Origin: Amphiscolops sp. MND2022
Taxonomy: Eukaryota
DNA length: 64,000 bases
Assembly: GCA_964187785.1 (NCBI GenBank)
Contig: OZ076409.1
Span: 25,794,001 to 25,858,000 of the forward strand
Direction: 5' to 3'
Shown: piece by piece, positions 14,001-29,000 of the stretch
Layout: every line of letters begins with the position of its first letter
How positions within the stretch are numbered: the stretch's first letter is position 1
Program-made: the position numbers and the translations under genes
Notes under the pieces: generated by a model
Databases searched by the model: none
Seen by the model: only the letters and a program-made list of their open reading frames with translations
Told to the model about the DNA's origin: nothing

Positions 14001-17000
14001 ACCGATCTTTCGGTGACATTGCCAATCAAACTTAGATCTTTTCGTAGAGCTACAAAGATTATGTTTATAAATGTTTGTAAACACTGTACTATTGTCTCAT
14101 ATTAAGACTACATCATTTGATACAGATAGCCTAGTTAGAGAAAGGTCGTTTGGCAATACTTTGTGTTAAAAGAGATTTTAGATAAAACCATTTGTTTTCT
14201 TATTCAAACCAAGAAATAGAACAAACTTTTTGTAACTTCTTGTACGTGTACTGTTTTTAGTCGGCGCTTTTCTAGGGAAAAGTGCCCGACTCTTACAGTG
14301 GCTAGTTTTTTTTCTTTTTTTTTTCGTCAGACTACAATCTCACTCTGATTGGGCCACTTTTCTTACAATCGAAACTACTAAAACTACTAGCATAAGAGGC
14401 CAAGTCCGGTCAGCGGAAATTAGTGCAAAAGGGTCCCCCCTTTCATTTTTTACCTTTTTTACGTAACCTACAAAACCGGAAGAGACCAAAGGGTCCCCCC
14501 TTTCAATTTTTTTTCGGCACTGTGCGAAATTTTTTTCGAAAATTTTTTAAGGTCTTAAAAGAGTCCCCCCTTCGAGTTTTTTGATATTTTGCAACAAAAT
14601 GTATGTTAATAAATCCCAAAGGGTCCCCCCTTTTCATTTTTCGGCACTATGCGACATTTTCGAAGTTTTTTCAAAAATTTTTCAAAAAAAATTTCAAATT
14701 TTATTTTGTTCCCAGTCGGGAAACAGTGATTTTCCAGTCATATAGAGCATGAAAGGCACACTTTGGGTGTCTCCAAAGTGTTTTCAAAGCTTTTCATGAA
14801 TACGTCCTGAGCATATTTAGAAAACTTTGCGCTTCTTGAGCCTTAGATATAGCGCCGACTTTAGACGTTCCCGTCTTGTTGCTTTCTTTATACGCTTTCT
14901 TTTCTTGGGACACTTATTAGGTGGCCTGCAAAAATAGTCCACGTACAAGAAGTTACAATTTGCCGAGAGAATCTGCCATTATTGTTTACAGCAAAGTTCA
15001 CAGACTTCTAGAGTTTCCTGAAAATGCATAACGTCAATTCACTTCAAAAAATTATTTAATTTTTGAGCGAATGAAGAACATTCGAGACTCGAGACCTCAA
15101 ACTTTGAAAACTGCAGCAAATTGCAAACAGTTGAAAAATTCGCATTTCACACTGCATTTCACGCATTTTCATTTATTCAAAAATTTAAAAAAATTGAAGT
15201 GAATTGACTTTATGCATCTTCAGGAAACTCTAGAAGTCTGTGAACTGTGCTGTAAACAATAATGGCAGATTTTCTCGGCAAATTGATAACAGTCCTGGAG
15301 ACATTTTCAAACTCTTGTTGACAAACAATGCAATTTTGAAACTGAAAAACATCCACGCCTTCCGTTCATTGGGTGAACTATTTTGTCAACGAACTGTACT
15401 TTAAAAACAATTTGCGCTTTCTCATCCTTAAGTTCAGCGCTGACTTGGACCATTTTCCATTTGCACTACCTTAAGTTTGAACACAGTGTTTATAACATAC
15501 CGAGTCTCGATCCTCTATGAGGCCCTCTCGATTAAACTTGGTCATGCTCTTCAACACAGCCAAACTGCCGTTGGAGGCGGCTATATGGGCACACGTGCGT
15601 CCATTACCGTTGGTGACGGAAGCCAGCTCTGGCTTATAGTTCAAGAACAGCTTCACAATCTCGGGGTAGTTGTTCTCAGCTGCCAAATGCAGTGGTGTTT
15701 GCTGGTCCTAAACAAAACATGATTCCGAACAACCGAAACTCATTTTCGAAATTACCACCAGATGTTTTGTTTGAAGGGGAAAGATCACTCGCGGAAAATT
15801 GTTCCCCAAAAATCATAATATTTTGCAAGAGTAATTCTGGGATTTTAGATTGATCATGATGAGTTTTACATCTCGATCAAACTTTTGAAAAACATTCGGA
15901 GATTTGTTGTCTATAATGACGCGTGAGTTGAGTTTCTCCGTACTAACCATGTCTTTGGCCGCTGCATCAGCCTTGAGATCTAACAGCACATCGCAAACAT
16001 CGAGTCTTCCTTCAAAGGCTGCCATGTGCAAAGGGGTCCGTTTAGCCTAGAAATGGTAGAACACAACATTGGTAACAACGCACAGAAACAAGTTGCTGCA
16101 ACTCAGTTCTTCTCCAACAGCAAAAAGGAAAAGGAATCAAAAACTTTTTTCTTTTAAACCTTCAAGTGACAAAATTAGTTTTCAACATTTTATTTGACAT
16201 TTTTTTAATCAAAAAATGGCACAATTTCAAGATTGTATTTCATTTTTAGTCGGCGCTTTTCCATTAAGGGAAAAATGCCCGACTATAGCAGTGACTGTTT
16301 TTTTTCTTCAGACTACAATCCTCACACTGATCGGTCCACTTTTCTTACAATTCTTACAATCTTGAAATCTTACAATTCTTACTTAGCAAATTTAAAATAC
16401 TGGCGCAAAAGCTTGCGAAGTAGTATTTTTACATCATCTAAGAAACTCAAAGGGACCAAAGGGACTTAGAGTATTTTCGGCTCTGTGAGACTTTTTTCAA
16501 AAAAAAATTCCCCAAAGGGTCCCCCTTCAATTTTTTGATATTTTCCGACAGAATGGATGTTGAAAAATCCCAAAGGGTCCCCCCTTTCAGTTTTTTTGGC
16601 ATTGTGAGACTTTTTTTCATTTTTTTTTCACCAAAATTGCCCCTCCTTCAATTTTCTTCGATGATTTGCGACAGAATGGATGAAAAATTTCAAAGTGTCG
16701 CCTCTGGTGTCGCCTCTGGGTTTTTCCGGTACCGTAGAAGAGAATACTTGGAAGTCCTTTCGCTGTTTTTGAGCCTTAGATATGGCGCCGACTTGGGCCG
16801 TTCCCGGCTTGTTTCTATTTAACACTTGATTTTCTAGAAAAAATGGAGTGTAAAACATACCCAACTGCAATAAGGACATTTTTGTTAGGAGAGGCATTTA
16901 GTGGGGTATGTTTTACAAACTAGGAACATTGTTTTGGATGATATAATCGGAAGAAAAAACAACCACAACTCTGAAAACATTGTTCTGGGACTTTTTTTTC

Positions 17001-20000
17001 TTTTCGCTCAGCCAAACTAAACTATATTGTTTGAATTCAGAGTTCATTTGCTTTAGAAGCTTTCATCTGGAATCTACTGTTGGTTGTAATGGAGGAGTTT
17101 CACTCGTGACTGTTACAAATCTACTCTGACGTTGGTGTGATCACGGTTTTTTGACATGGCAATGAGGGTTAATTTGTTTCGGGAAAATGTTGATACATCA
17201 TGTTTTCAATTGGAAACTATTCATTCTTTAGACAGTTTGTATGTTTGAAGGTGTAGGATTCTGATTGTTAGAAAGGCTGTGGTGATAAAATATTCAAAAT
17301 AAAACGCGAGGGTTTGAAGGTGACAGTTAATCAAAAATTCAATTCAGTGTTGGGTGGGTTACAGTGAGTGCGAGTTTACCCTTAAAATGAAAAATGGCTC
17401 GACTCACCGCCTGAAATAAAATGTGTACATTGAAAATTTTAAGTTTAAATTACATTTTTAGTGAATATCTACAATGGAAGAGTGACAATGGATGAACGTG
17501 GGATATGACATCAAAATTTGGTAAATCATTTGGGACAAATTTCATAGGGTTAAGTGGAAAAGCTTTGAGAGTGAATTTGATTAAAGGATAATTATGCGCA
17601 GTGTTTGAGCGAGATTTTGCTACAAAAGTAATGAATCAAAAACAAAAAAATCAAAAGCAAACCATACCAAATGTAAATGGGCTCAAATTGAAGTTAGTCA
17701 CGGAATGGCGTCATGCACACACCGGACAACAAGGTAATTTGCTTTGATACGTTTACATCTTCATTCATAGCGAGACTTTTTCATATCCTTGTAACTCTCC
17801 GTTCAAGAGCTCTCAGTAATCTAACCATAAAATCAATTCGCAGTTTTGTCAATTTTGAAAAGAAAACATTATAACATAATCATAACTTATTCACAGAACA
17901 AGAATCTCTTTCAATGCATGCATACAAATCTTTGATGATTTCTTCAAAAGCAATAAAAGTTTCTTCGAGGTTGATAAAAGTTAGTGAAATGTAATTGAGT
18001 GCTCTTACGAGTGATAGGATGTCGAGTTGTGCGCCGTGTGACTCAATCAACAGCTGGCACAGACGGGAGTGTCCGTTTTTGGCCGCTAGGTGGAGAGGAG
18101 TGACTCCCTTTCTGGTGCGGGCACTCACAAATGCATGGTGCCATAGCAACTCGTCTGCCACGTCCGTGTTCCCGTTCTCACACGCAAAGTGCAGAGCCGT
18201 GCTTCCTTGCTGAGCAACAAAAATTTCAGTGAAAAAGTTGGTTATTTTGAATTACAAAAAAATTTTAGTAACTATTTGAGCAAATAGTTTGATAAATATC
18301 GAAGTTTCTGTGTAGCGATCAATGTTCATCCAAGCCACAAAAGTGGCATCGAGGAAAACAAAAAAATATGATATACTTGACTTGAGGACTTGAGCAGGAA
18401 AAAATTTGAAACCTATTCTAAGTCCTAAAAATCAATTTGTTGAATTGGAGGTGTCAGAAATCATTTTTCATTTCTTTTGAAGGTGTGAGGATATTACGCC
18501 CAAGGACATTAAGCCTAAAGCGGACATTACGCCTAATAATTATAAATACAACAAACTTTCAAAATATTGGGTATAATGTCCGCTTTGGGCGTAATGTCCT
18601 AGAGCCCTTGTGGATATTGCAGCAAAATTCAACACAATTTCCAATTTTATTGTTGATCAAGTAAGAAAACTTTCGAATCTCCAGAAAGATCTCGAGCGCA
18701 AATTGATACTCGACATCATTCAAATGAGATGATATCGTCCCATATCTCCGACCTACAAGTGTAGAAAAGAAAACTATCACCAGTTTTTTAGGAAAATGAA
18801 ACTATTTATTGTTCACTCGATATTACGCAACCCAGTCAAATGTCACGAAAGATATGGATTTGTTTTACCTCGTCAAAGAGATCAATTCTGGCATTGTTGT
18901 TGAGGAGGATCTCGACCACCTCTGGGTGTCCGTGCTCTGCTGCCACCATCAGGGGAGACCAGCCAGCCTGTGTGCAAACAAACAAGTACTTTGAAAAATC
19001 ATCGATGCACATGTATGTCCGGATTGCATCTGGTTCCATACAATGCTTTCATGTTTCTATGTATGAAATCGTATAGAACCATATCATATTCGTATGGAAC
19101 CACATGATATTCGTATGAAATCACATGATATTCGCATGGAACCACATGATATTCGCATGGAACCACATGATATTCGCATGGAACCACTGGTTCCATTTGG
19201 CAAATGGTTCAATACATGGAATCTCATGGAATCATATGGTTTCATATTTGAAGTTGTATGAAGCCGTGTGATTCCATATTTGGAATGGTCCTAAATTACA
19301 TCACACCGGGCCAACTCGCTCGGAGCTCTTCAGGCACTGCAAAAAATACCGCGTCAATTCCCGTTCTCGGGCAATTGAAATCGAGCGTTATTTTTGGCAA
19401 AGTTGGCCGTATTTAACGTGTTTTTGCTTGATATTCGCATTTTTTTACCATAATTGTCCCATACACATTCATTGAAAGTATCCAAGAAAATTTTTTCATT
19501 TTTTTCTTCAAATTGTTTTTTTCACGTGGAAAAAGAACAAAATATTGAAAATCTCAGAGGTTTTGATAGCTTCATGACAGTGCATCTTTGTCAACGAAAT
19601 GAAAATTCAACTAATGGAAGTTAGTTTTTCCCAATTGAGCAAGATTGCTGCTCCAAGTTTTCCGGTCGCGAACTTGTTTTACAATTTTGCTTTTTCTTAT
19701 TAAAAACGTAGCCTTGGTTGAATAAAAGCAGCATGGAAAACTTCGCAGCTGTTTCAACTATGGGTATTTTCAGCTGAATTATCGTCGTATCCACTGTTTT
19801 CGAACACGCAGAAATCCTTTGGACTTTGCGGAACTCTTTTAACATGAAACGAAAGAAATTATCCAGTAACAGCAGAAATAATACCTCATTCCTGATGTTT
19901 ATCGTCCGAATTTGGTTGTTCTCTAGGGTCTTTGACTTTCCTGAATTACCCTAAAACCACAAAAACCTTTTACACTCTTATATTTGGAACTAAAATTAAC

Positions 20001-23000
20001 AAGACGGGAACGTCTCAAGTCGGCGCTATATCTAAGGCTCAAAAAGCGCAAAACATTTTTTTTGGAAAAAAACTTGAAATTTTCGGAAAAAAAAATTTTC
20101 GGAAAATGTCGCACAGTACCGAAAAATGTAAAAGGGGGACCCTTTTTGATTTATAAACACGCATTCTGTAGCAAAATAACAAAAAACTCAAAGGGGGGGC
20201 CCTTTGGGGACATTAAAAAAATTTCGAAAAAAAAGTCGCACAGTGCCGAAAAAAATCGAAAGGGACCCTTTAGTCCCGTCCGGGCTTGTAGGTAACGTTT
20301 AAAAAGTAAAAAACCAAAGGGGGGATCCTTTGGAATAATTTACATGCGTTTCCCTGGTATTTAGTTTCCTTTAGTTGAACGTTAACGTTCGTCGCTTCGA
20401 GTCTGTCTTAAATAAAAAAAAAACGAGTGACTGTAATACTCGGGCTCTTTTCTTAAGAAAAGCGCCGACTAAAAATATATATCAAAAGAAGGCCGGAAGT
20501 TCAGAATTGGTAAAACAAATTTTTCAGCTTTGTTCGTAATTTGAAAAACTGGATGAATTTTTTTGCAGCTGATTTAATAACACTGAGAAAAAATCCCAAC
20601 TTTTTACACACATATCCATTAGAAATACTTTAGTGCAATTTCCCTGATAAAATAAAATCCCTCATTTTTCAATCTTTTCAACCGTCAATCGCTTCACCAG
20701 TAGTTAATTGATACCAGCGCCTTTGTCCATCGATCAACTTTTTTTTATCGGTGACCATATATGTGAAATTCAGTGCAAGAAAAAGAAGGTTTCGGTGGTG
20801 ACCAGTTATTAGTGGGGTTTCATGGAAGGAGGATCGGTGGAAAAAAAACAAGTGTATTTGAGGGGGGGGGGTAAGAAACATGGTCCCAGGGAGTTAATAT
20901 ACTTGGTGGAGAAATGTTTTGGGCAAAAATGAGGTTAGGATCAGTTGGAATAAAGCAAATTTGTAGTGATTCATATAAATAGGTGAATGGGAAGCTGAGG
21001 AATTTTTACTATATACTAAACCTTCAAAAGCATTTGTAACATCTAAAATATTCAAAAGCTGATTCAAAAGCTCTTTTTTGAAAATATGGAATTATTGCGT
21101 TTATAAAGGAAATCTATTATAATTGATGACCAAAATTATTGAAAATAAAGTATGATTAAATATAAAAAATATTTTAATATTATCATTCCGCTAGGTTGAT
21201 GATACCAATGTTTTTCCTTCAACATAACGAACCATTCTTCGAATCCGAAAAAGAATCGAAAAGTGTTATTTAAGAGTTAAATGGACGTGTTATTTAACCT
21301 AAGGTACCGCAATTTCCTAGAAAGACATTTTCGCCCCAATATGCATCAGGTGCCAACAGCTGTCTGAAATGGCATTTTGACAATAGTAAACGAGCTCATT
21401 ACCATCAGAGGAAGACTTATAAGCTGACATTTTCAGACAGATAGGGGATTACGAAAACTTTTGACTGAATGCCCCCGTCACATGACAGTTAGAAGTTTGC
21501 TAATCGAGGGAGACTGTCACTCTTCTTCAAAAATCACTTCAGTCTAGGAATTAACTCCAAGCATATTTGGGTCAAAGTTCGCATCAAAGTTAACCCAACG
21601 TTCATCAACGTGAGCATTATAATGTGGTCAATAGTTGAAAATAAACAGCGTGAATGATTGCAATTATAATTTAATTATATGCTCATTATAATCGTTTTTA
21701 TCATCGACCTTTTTATAGAAAAAAGAATCAATATATCGCAGTACCACTTCCAATACACTAATTTGCTGTTATGATCGTACTCAAAAACGTTGACTCCGAG
21801 GTAAAAAACCATCGTAAACGTTCGAAGTGAACAATCTACGATTCGTGGCTTTTATTTGTTTCTTGGTTCATCAACAAAAAGTATGCAGCTACCTAGGATG
21901 ATGTATTTTAGAACAATAATTACGATGCATTCATTTTTTTCGAACCGTCACTCGAACCGGCGTTTTTTAAACTTCAAACAAATCAGCGAAATTTTGATTT
22001 CGCAAATCTTCCTAATGGCGTTTTTCTGTACGTAATTATTAAAAGCTTCATAACATTGTTCCATCGTCAGCAACTTCAATCATATTTGGTTCAGTTTTAT
22101 TTTGTTATCAGAAAGAAAACAAGCCAATCACGGCATAGGTTGGCGCCGAACTTTAAGGCTCCAAAATAGCAAAAGCGTGAAGTTTTCTCTTCCACAGTAC
22201 CCGAAAAACTCAAAAGGGGTTCTTTGTCACATTTATACTTTTGCCATTTTATCGGTGGCGGTAAAACGGATTTTCTCTATCTGTTCTCAACCTCTCATTT
22301 AGTGTTCTAATCATCCTCTGCACCTTTCCGTTTCCCCTATGATCTCTAATCGGACACACTATATGACTAATATAATTTTCTTTACAAAATTGTCCAAAAT
22401 TTTCGTTTTTAAACACCGTTCCTGGGTCAGATCTTACCCTTTTCGGAAATCCATGCTTTGCTATATATTCACTCATGAATTCATTTACTTTATCGGCTGT
22501 AGGGTTAGGTAAAAGTAACGCCCCCGGCCAACCTGAGTTATGGTCTACTGGAACTAATAAGTACTTTTTGTTCTTTTTGGCATTTTGGAATCGTCCGGCA
22601 AAATCTATAGAAATTTCATCATTTGGATTTCCGGCATTTGGCAATTTTCCATACTCGTTTTGGGTTTTTAAACACTTTATGTTCTTACCTGCTTTTGAAC
22701 ACCCTTGGCAGTTATTTGCCTTCTCAATAATTTCCCGATTAATGCGGGGCCACCACACGTCCGCTGCCTCGCGCAGCATTGCATCTCGGCCTGTATGCCC
22801 GATGTGTATTGCATTTAGCATGTTCTCCCTCATATTCTTTGGGATAACCAATCTTTCGTCAAAAAAAGCAAGTCGCGATCCTCAACGCTAAAGAAATTGA
22901 ATTTTTCTCGCCACGGTGGCGGTAATCGAGCAATTTGGGAGGCGTTGTTAACTTTTACCAGTTTTATTTTTTTCAATAAATGTCGGTCTTCTTGATAATT

Positions 23001-26000
23001 TGCTTGCAGATACACTTTATTAATTCGCGCATTGCTATATTCACGTAATTTTGGCTTCGTCCATTTTGCTTGAATTACGCTTGTTATGTAATTTGTATAA
23101 TTTGTTACTCTCACGCTTCACTGTATTGTTTGCTTTATTTCTCTCAACTGTCAACCATTGTCTGTTTATACTTTTGTCACACTTTGGCGTTTGCTCAATT
23201 TTGATTGGTTGTTGGCTTTTGCCAGTAGTATTTTCAAAGCCTTTCTCAAATTCTTCTACCACATTGACTGTAAACCAATCATTGAACAATTGCTCTGCTT
23301 TAACACTTTTGCCTTCGTATGACGACGGGTGGCGAGATAGATAATCGGCCATTCCCAGCGTTCTAACTGGTGTGAGGACCACTTCAAAATCGTATGATAA
23401 TAACCTATCTGCCCACCTCGTCAATCTACTTGAATTTGTCTTGTTTCCTCTATTTGACTTCAAGACACTTTGTAGCGCTTTGTGGTCCAATACAATTTTG
23501 AAAATCGTTCCGTACACATAATTTGTGAAGTGTTCCACAGACCATACCACCGCAAGCAATTCTAATTCGTTTATTGAATATTTTTCTTCAAAACTTGTCA
23601 AAAAACGGGATGCGTATGCAATGGGCTTCCAACAATTTGCTTTTTTTTCACTTTGCTGTAGCGCTGCTCCCAGCCCTTTTTTGCCAGCATTGCAAATTAT
23701 TCTCAACTTGTTTTGTCTTTTGAAATGTGTTAATACGGTATTTTTCTTGACTTTTTCGTTCACTTCTTTAAACGCTTTTTCATGTTTTTCAGTCCACTTC
23801 CAATCTGCGTCTTTTTTCAGTATGTCTCTAAACGCAAAACACAACGAAGCTAATTCGGGTATGAATTTATTCATTTGGTTCACCCGCTCCTAAATATGAG
23901 CGTAGATCTTTTATATTCATTGGACGCAGTCTTTCTGTTAAGCCTTGTACTTTTTCATTTAGTGGCGATATTCCGGATCTTGTTAATTTGAACCCAAGCC
24001 ACTCAATTTCATCTTTTGCAAATTGGCAATTTGTTGCCTTTAATAATAGATTTGCTTGGTTAAGTGTTTCTAGTATTTCTCGCACTTTTGCCAAACGTTC
24101 CTCCTTAGTTCCTTTAGTTACAATTAAAATATCGTCTATGAATACAAAAACTTCACTAAATTTTACTAGAAGAATATCCATAATTTTTTGAAATTCTGTC
24201 GGCATAACCGTCAGACCATAAAATCCAGTAATAAAACGATACGTGCCTGTTGACTCTCCTCCTATTATCTGAATTGCAATGTTTAGACGTGAGTACAGTA
24301 GTGTGAAGAAAGAATGCGACTTAGTTGCTCAAGAAGGCTAATTTTGCAGTCTCATATCTCCGAAACTATTCGAAATGGTTCAATTTGGTAAAAACAAAAG
24401 TTTCTTGAATTTTTGCTATGAATACAATAGTTTTTGTTTGAAATTTTCAAAAATCATTGTGTCCGAAGTTAGAAACATGTGATTTAGGGAGGAAAATAGT
24501 TGAAATTGCTAATTTTGCAGAAAATATCAGTGACCCAATAAATATTTTTTGATAAAGTTTGTATTGCAGATACACTTGAATCTCTCGAAAACGGAGATAA
24601 AATTTGTTGTTGGAATATTTGGAAAATGTATATTGGTGGGAGTTTTACCAAGTGTAAGACTGAAATTTCTATCTTAATACATGTATTTTCAATTTCACTT
24701 AACAAAAAGGTGCTCCCATTTTTGTTTTCTTGGTGATCTCCACAAACAAAAACTATCATGGGTTTGAGAAAGATCAGAGAAATTTTTTGGGATAATTTTC
24801 ATGTAAAAAGTATCCCCGAAAGACGGCAAACAATTGAAAATACTGATTTTTGCGAGATCGAGGCTCGTTAAACCAATGGTATTTGAGGAGCGAAGCTTTG
24901 TGAACCAATCAGATTAGAGAACTCTTTGCATTCTGAGCAACCAAGTCGCATTCTTTCTTCACACCACTGTATATCCAATGGTACTTGACCATATGCGTAT
25001 GTCATATCAAGTGATCCATACCAAGCTTCGCCTTCTTCATTATCTAGTTTTTCCGCTACCATATCTATTAGATTTTCCAATTTACGCATTTGACTTTTAT
25101 CTTTTCGATAGCTTGGTTAAGAGCGCGTGCGTCAAGTGCTATTTTAACTGATCTGTCCTTTTTGACTGTGATGACTGTTGGCTGAATAAATACATTATCG
25201 CTGATTTTGTCAATTTTCTCAATATGGGCTTCTGCCAATAATCGTTTAATTTCCGCTTCAAACGATTTTTGTAATTGGATTGGTACTCTTCTACCTTTTG
25301 CTGAGTAATTTTGGCTTCATCTTTTACGGTTATTTTCACCTTATGATTTTTTATTTTCCTTTTTCTCGAAAATAGTTCTGGAAATTCTTGACGAACATTT
25401 TTGTTTCATCGCTTTGTTTCTCGCATTCTTCTTTTTCAATTGAATTAACAATATACTCATCCTTATCTTGACTTTTGGGGGCAATCTCTATCTTCAGCGT
25501 GGATAACCACTCTCTTCCAATTATTGACTTCACTCCTTGTCTTGCTACTAGGATCCTTGCCTTTCTCACATACTGGTTGCCTACTTGCAATTCACAAAAC
25601 ACATAGCCTAGTATGTTCAGAGACTTTCCGTTGAAATCCACGTACTTCTCGTCATCCACCTTTCTTCGAACCTGCAATTGGTCTCTTTTCATGATTATCT
25701 TGATTTCATCTACAGCAAATATTGTGACCGGGGATCCCGTATCTATCACTGTTTTGAATGGTTGTCTGTTAATGAATCCTTCCATGTAAAATGGCTTCGT
25801 TCTTCGTTTCTTCATCTATCTTCAAGACCATTGTGTCTTCGTCTGTGTCGTTTTCATCCTGATCGACCATTTGCACTCTTTTGGTAAACTCTTTTGTCAT
25901 TTCTTCGTCCTATGGCAGGCGAAGTTCTTACGAATTTTGTCTTTTTGTTTGGCGTTACATCAACGCTCGAAATGCCCGTTTAGTCCGCAATAATTACAAA

Positions 26001-29000
26001 TTGTCTCCGGTCCTTTGCAAGAATTTAGATGTGCGCTTGTGAAATTTCCTTTTCCACACCTCCAACATTCTCGGTCGTTTGGTATTTTGTTAATTGCGTA
26101 CACTGGCTCTTCTTTTATTTCGATCGAAGTCTCGAAGTACTCGGTTGACCAATTGTCTTTTGACGTTTTAGACATTCTTCAAAGGCCACTGCAAATTGTA
26201 AGGCTTCTCTTGGCGTATCTTCCGGCTCTGTGCATAATTGTTCCTGCACTTGTTTGTTTTCAGGATATCATATTCAGGATAAAATATCGTACACAAGACT
26301 TTCGGACTGGTTACCGAAATCACATTTTGACGCTAGGCCTATTAATACGTTCCAAAATTGATGTAAGGATTCGTTTTCTTTTTGTTTTCTCGAGAAAAAC
26401 TTATGGCGGCCCAGGGTTCTATTTCTTCTTGTTTCAAAACAGTCTCGCCAATTATTCAGTATTCCCTCTAGTTCGACGGTGAAAATGATTATATTTGGAT
26501 ATTCATCCATGAGCTTTTTTCGCCCGACTTTCCCTATCGAGAGGTATAATAAACTCACCACTTTTCTTTGGGCCATGTCTCTTGTCATACCCCCAATTAG
26601 GGCAGCATTTCTGGGGTTGTTCTGCTCTTCTTCCCGTGTGATTTCTTCTACCAAGATCGAGTGGCGCGCTAAGACAGCTAATTGAAATAGTTGGATCCAT
26701 TGCGCCCAGTCAACCTCTGGTTGCTTTTCGGTCTCTTGCCAGAAGTACGATAATCCAGGGATTGGTGCATTTCTACTTGAATTGTCTTCATGTTCATTAG
26801 CGCGCAGCGCCATGTTTTAGCGTAAGGTCTGAATATGGCAGAATAAAAAGAATTGGCAACAAACTGTGAATTGGCGTTATCATGCAGAACACTGAACTAG
26901 CGAGTGTTGCTTTTCTCACGGTCAAGCCGTTAGCAGGTACTTTGGCGTTCACATCAGATTACTTCATTACTGGAGTATTACGTAATCTACCACAGGCGAG
27001 CTTTTGGAGACATTTAAAAAATTTTCGAAAAAAAATCTGACAATGCCGAAAAAAATGGTACAATTTGGCCGCATAAAATTTTGTAGAACTTGTAGAACTG
27101 ATTTAGTCTATTCCTCTGGATTGAAAAAAGAGTCACCTTGTCACTATTACAGTCCCGTTTCACTTCATGAAGAGCCGACTAAAAAATGTAGCTTTAACGT
27201 TTAAGAATTGTCAGAGATCTAAACTTCAGCAAACATAGAATTTGAATTACTACCCAATAATTACTACCCAACTACTCCCATAATTTTTAGTAGGCGCTTC
27301 ATGAAGTAAAACGCGACTGTAATAGTGCAGCTATTTATTTTTTTCAAGTTTGTGATTTTTAGCAATTTTGTATCAGCAAGATTCATAATATCATTTGAGT
27401 CAAATATTTTGAATCCTACATCTACTCATTACAGATTCATGTTCGGCATGAATTATATTGAAAAGTCGCCATTATTCTTTAGCAGTAATAAGACCAAGTA
27501 GAAATTTATTGCATAACAGCTGAAATCTGACCCTTGCCAGCCTTTTGATACTTCGGGGTCAAATTTTATTACACTTTGTCGGTACAAGAATACCATCGGT
27601 ATGCATTATAAATACTCTCCTTTAATCAAAATACGTAAAAAACTTCACAGGCTACCAAGCCATTCTGCAGGCATGACCTCAAACGAAAAAAAAAAGATTT
27701 TATCTTGAAGGAACTGAATGCCTGCGCATATAAAGTTTTCAAGTTGCATCGATGTTATTGCACTTCACTTAGAATGCGACCGTTGTTTGCTCCTCCTTCT
27801 GAATGCGACTTGAATGCACTCTTAAAAAAAGTAATCAAATAGCCATCCCCGTGTTCCTAAATGGAAACATCTTTTTTTCTCTAAGCCGATTGGAAAGTTA
27901 ATTAAAACTGTTCTATAGATTATGCATTGCAGATTAGTCGATTCATACAAATGGAAAAGTAATTTTCCACCACATGTTCATCAAATGCGAATTTAGTGGA
28001 ACAAAACTAAGTGAAATTGCTCCATTAGTGTATGGTAATTTTGAAAGCGAAAGGTCATTCTAACTCGCGATTTTCTGTTTACGCAAGTAGTTACGAACCA
28101 TGTTTTTCCAGTTTTTTGAGCAGATCAGTGATTGAAATGAATAGTTTTTGAAAGACAGTTTTCCACAATTGGGTGTTTTGTGAAACGTAAATTACTGGAT
28201 TGAAAACTTGAAAAAATAATTCATTGAAATGGTAATGAAGCTCCTCAATAAAAACATTACGAAACACAAAAACATATAGGGAAATAAAACATTCTTATCG
28301 ACAACCTCTTGGACTAACTGAGGCGGGTTGCTATTTGTGTCAATATAGTTTTTTTTCCGAGCCAGCGTCAAAAAAGTAATTAGAAAATGGTGAAAATTTG
28401 CAAACAAATTACATTTCAAAACAGTTGCTTTTTCTCAAAATAAACACGCTTTAAGTTTTGTGTTTATTCAATGAAGCTTCAGCTATGAGAAATACAGGCA
28501 ATTGAAAGCCAAGCTTTGGACTGAACTACAATCCCTGGTTGAAACTGATTGAAATTTTTACAACTTGTAGGTTACCAAGCTGATTTTTCATGATATTACA
28601 AAGTTCTTAAAGATACTTGCGTTAGAATTTCACTGATTCAATTTAATTTTATCATAACGCCTCAAAGATGCATCCTAAACTTGGCGGTAATTCTGAGACA
28701 CGAAGTGTTGCAGGTTGCGTAAAGTAGGTATTCTACTTTGAAAAGCAGCTGTGAAATCAAATATTTACGGCGATTCCAATCCAGATAAACTTCAGACACA
28801 TTATCAGTTTCAAAGTAGTGTCATATTATTTGACCAATGGTGATTACATAAGTTCCTTACATGGGAAATTTACGCGTGGCAACGAAGTGATAACGACAGT
28901 GAAAAGTAGAAAAACTTTCAGTTTTAATTCAAATAGTGGAAGCTGCATTGTAATCCTGCAAAAAGTTTCCATGTGTGCACCCTGACTTTTTTTGTTTGTA

